64,000 nucleotides of DNA from a virus, in IMG/VR virus record IMGVR_UViG_3300022752_000035, positions 31,985 through 95,984 of that record; one strand, written 5' to 3'. The notes below the pieces were generated by a model. The model did no database searches and was not told the origin of the DNA. It saw only the letters and a list, made by a program, of their open reading frames with translations. The translations under genes were made by a program, and so were the position numbers. This document shows, piece after piece, positions 63,220 to 64,000 of this stretch; position 1 is the stretch's first letter; the number at the start of each line of letters is the position of its first letter.

Positions 63220-63236
63220 AATATAAATTTACACTA

Positions 63237-63923
63237 TTACGAATTTTTAAAAACTTCTTTTATAGCTTTATCAGATTGTTCTAATTTATTAATTGGAGAT
63301 GTTATTAATGATTCTTCTATTAATTTAGCTTCAGCATCTCGTCTTCTGCTCATTCCTTTTTCTATACTTCCACCAATCCATATTCTTTTCATGGATCTAA
63401 TTTGATCTGCAATTTGAGATAAAGTTTTTTGATCAAAATTTTGTGATTTAGCCATAATATCTCGAATAATTTTCATCTCTCGTCTACGATCGCCTTCGAG
63501 CGCGGAACCACGATTAAATACTAGACTTACTAATCCACCTTTTGCATCTTCTGGAAGCTTATCAAAATTAGGAAATGTATTTTGAGTAAGTTCATAAAAT
63601 TTTTTAACAGTTTTATTCATAAAAACTTTTACTGATAATTCCCAAGGTATATTTATATCTTTTAATCTCTTGGTAAGTTCCTTAGCTTGATAACCTTTTA
63701 TTCCTACAACTCGATAAAGACGATCAAATGTATCTTTAGGAAGATCTTGCCAATCATTTGTAAATTCTGTTTTATTTACATATCCAGCATCATATCCTAC
63801 TCCTATTGTGACTCCACTTTGTTCTCCTGGCCATGTTGGATTTTTTAAAAATTTATTATAATAATTTTCTCCTCCACCAACTTCAAAATCAAATATAAGT
63901 TTTAAAGATTTATCGTTTAACAT
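63237..63923 (-). CDS. endolysin (lysozyme/pesticin-like muramidase)
   Basis: FE...WPGEQSGVTIGVGYD, LVSLVFNRG, GMSRRRDAEA. Confidence 0.83.
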   Translation of the reverse strand: MLNDKSLKLIFDFEVGGGENYYNKFLKNPTWPGEQSGVTIGVGYDAGYVNKTEFTNDWQDLPKDTFDRLYRVVGIKGYQAKELTKRLKDINIPWELSVKVFMNKTVKKFYELTQNTFPNFDKLPEDAKGGLVSLVFNRGSALEGDRRREMKIIRDIMAKSQNFDQKTLSQIADQIRSMKRIWIGGSIEKGMSRRRDAEAKLIEESLITSPINKLEQSDKAIKEVFKNS

Positions 63924-64000
63924 TAATTATTAATTTTATCTATTGTTTTATCTAATATATTATCTGCAGGAACTTTTTCTTTTAACCAAGAATTCATTAC
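63923..64000 (-). CDS. 3' end of a gene coupled to the endolysin (truncated by the window)
   Basis: Open frame VMNSWLKEKVPADNILDKTIDKINN*; its TAA overlaps the endolysin ATG. Confidence 0.5.
   Translation of the reverse strand, partial: VMNSWLKEKVPADNILDKTIDKINN

Noticed and set aside
1-64000. Stop-codon recoding (alternative genetic code)
   Set aside because: TAA, TAG and TGA all end full-length genes under the standard code, and coding density is already very high.
1-64000. tRNA, rRNA or other structured ncRNA genes
   Set aside because: Intergenic gaps are about 100 nt or shorter and are explained by promoters and terminators; no cloverleaf motifs were seen by eye.

Overview
This is a very AT-rich, gene-dense segment of a large tailed dsDNA phage genome (Caudoviricetes). 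It is most likely a siphovirus-like virus with a long non-contractile tail; the host cannot be identified from this window. 1-15420 (+) is a replication/recombination cluster: RecA, DnaB, ThyX, DnaG, a GIY-YIG homing endonuclease, a Cas4/RecB-like nuclease, a DnaE polymerase split into PHP and catalytic genes, DnaQ, two glycosyltransferase genes and a Rad52-like annealer. 15417-64000 is the virion/lysis region, mostly on the - strand: endolysin, protease/scaffold, capsid, neck, tail tube, chaperones, a 2780-aa tape measure, tube paralogs and large Ig/adhesin-like fibres. Inside it, a lambda-like M-L-K-I-J tail-tip block sits on the + strand. Most notable observations: (1) two paralogous Hint domains lacking a C-extein nucleophile, one fused right behind the Gly-Gly end of the ubiquitin-like gpI domain and next to a JAB protease (gpK), the other joining an Ig-rich pro-region to gpJ; (2) strong (S/T)-G dipeptide enrichment across unrelated virion proteins in a phage carrying GT4-like and split GT9-like glycosyltransferases; (3) two promoter classes, namely sigma70 promoters that would give leaderless mRNAs and a GTGTAA late motif that includes a perfect divergent palindrome, plus tandem AAGG leader motifs. 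All family calls are by-eye motif recognition; no database searches were run.
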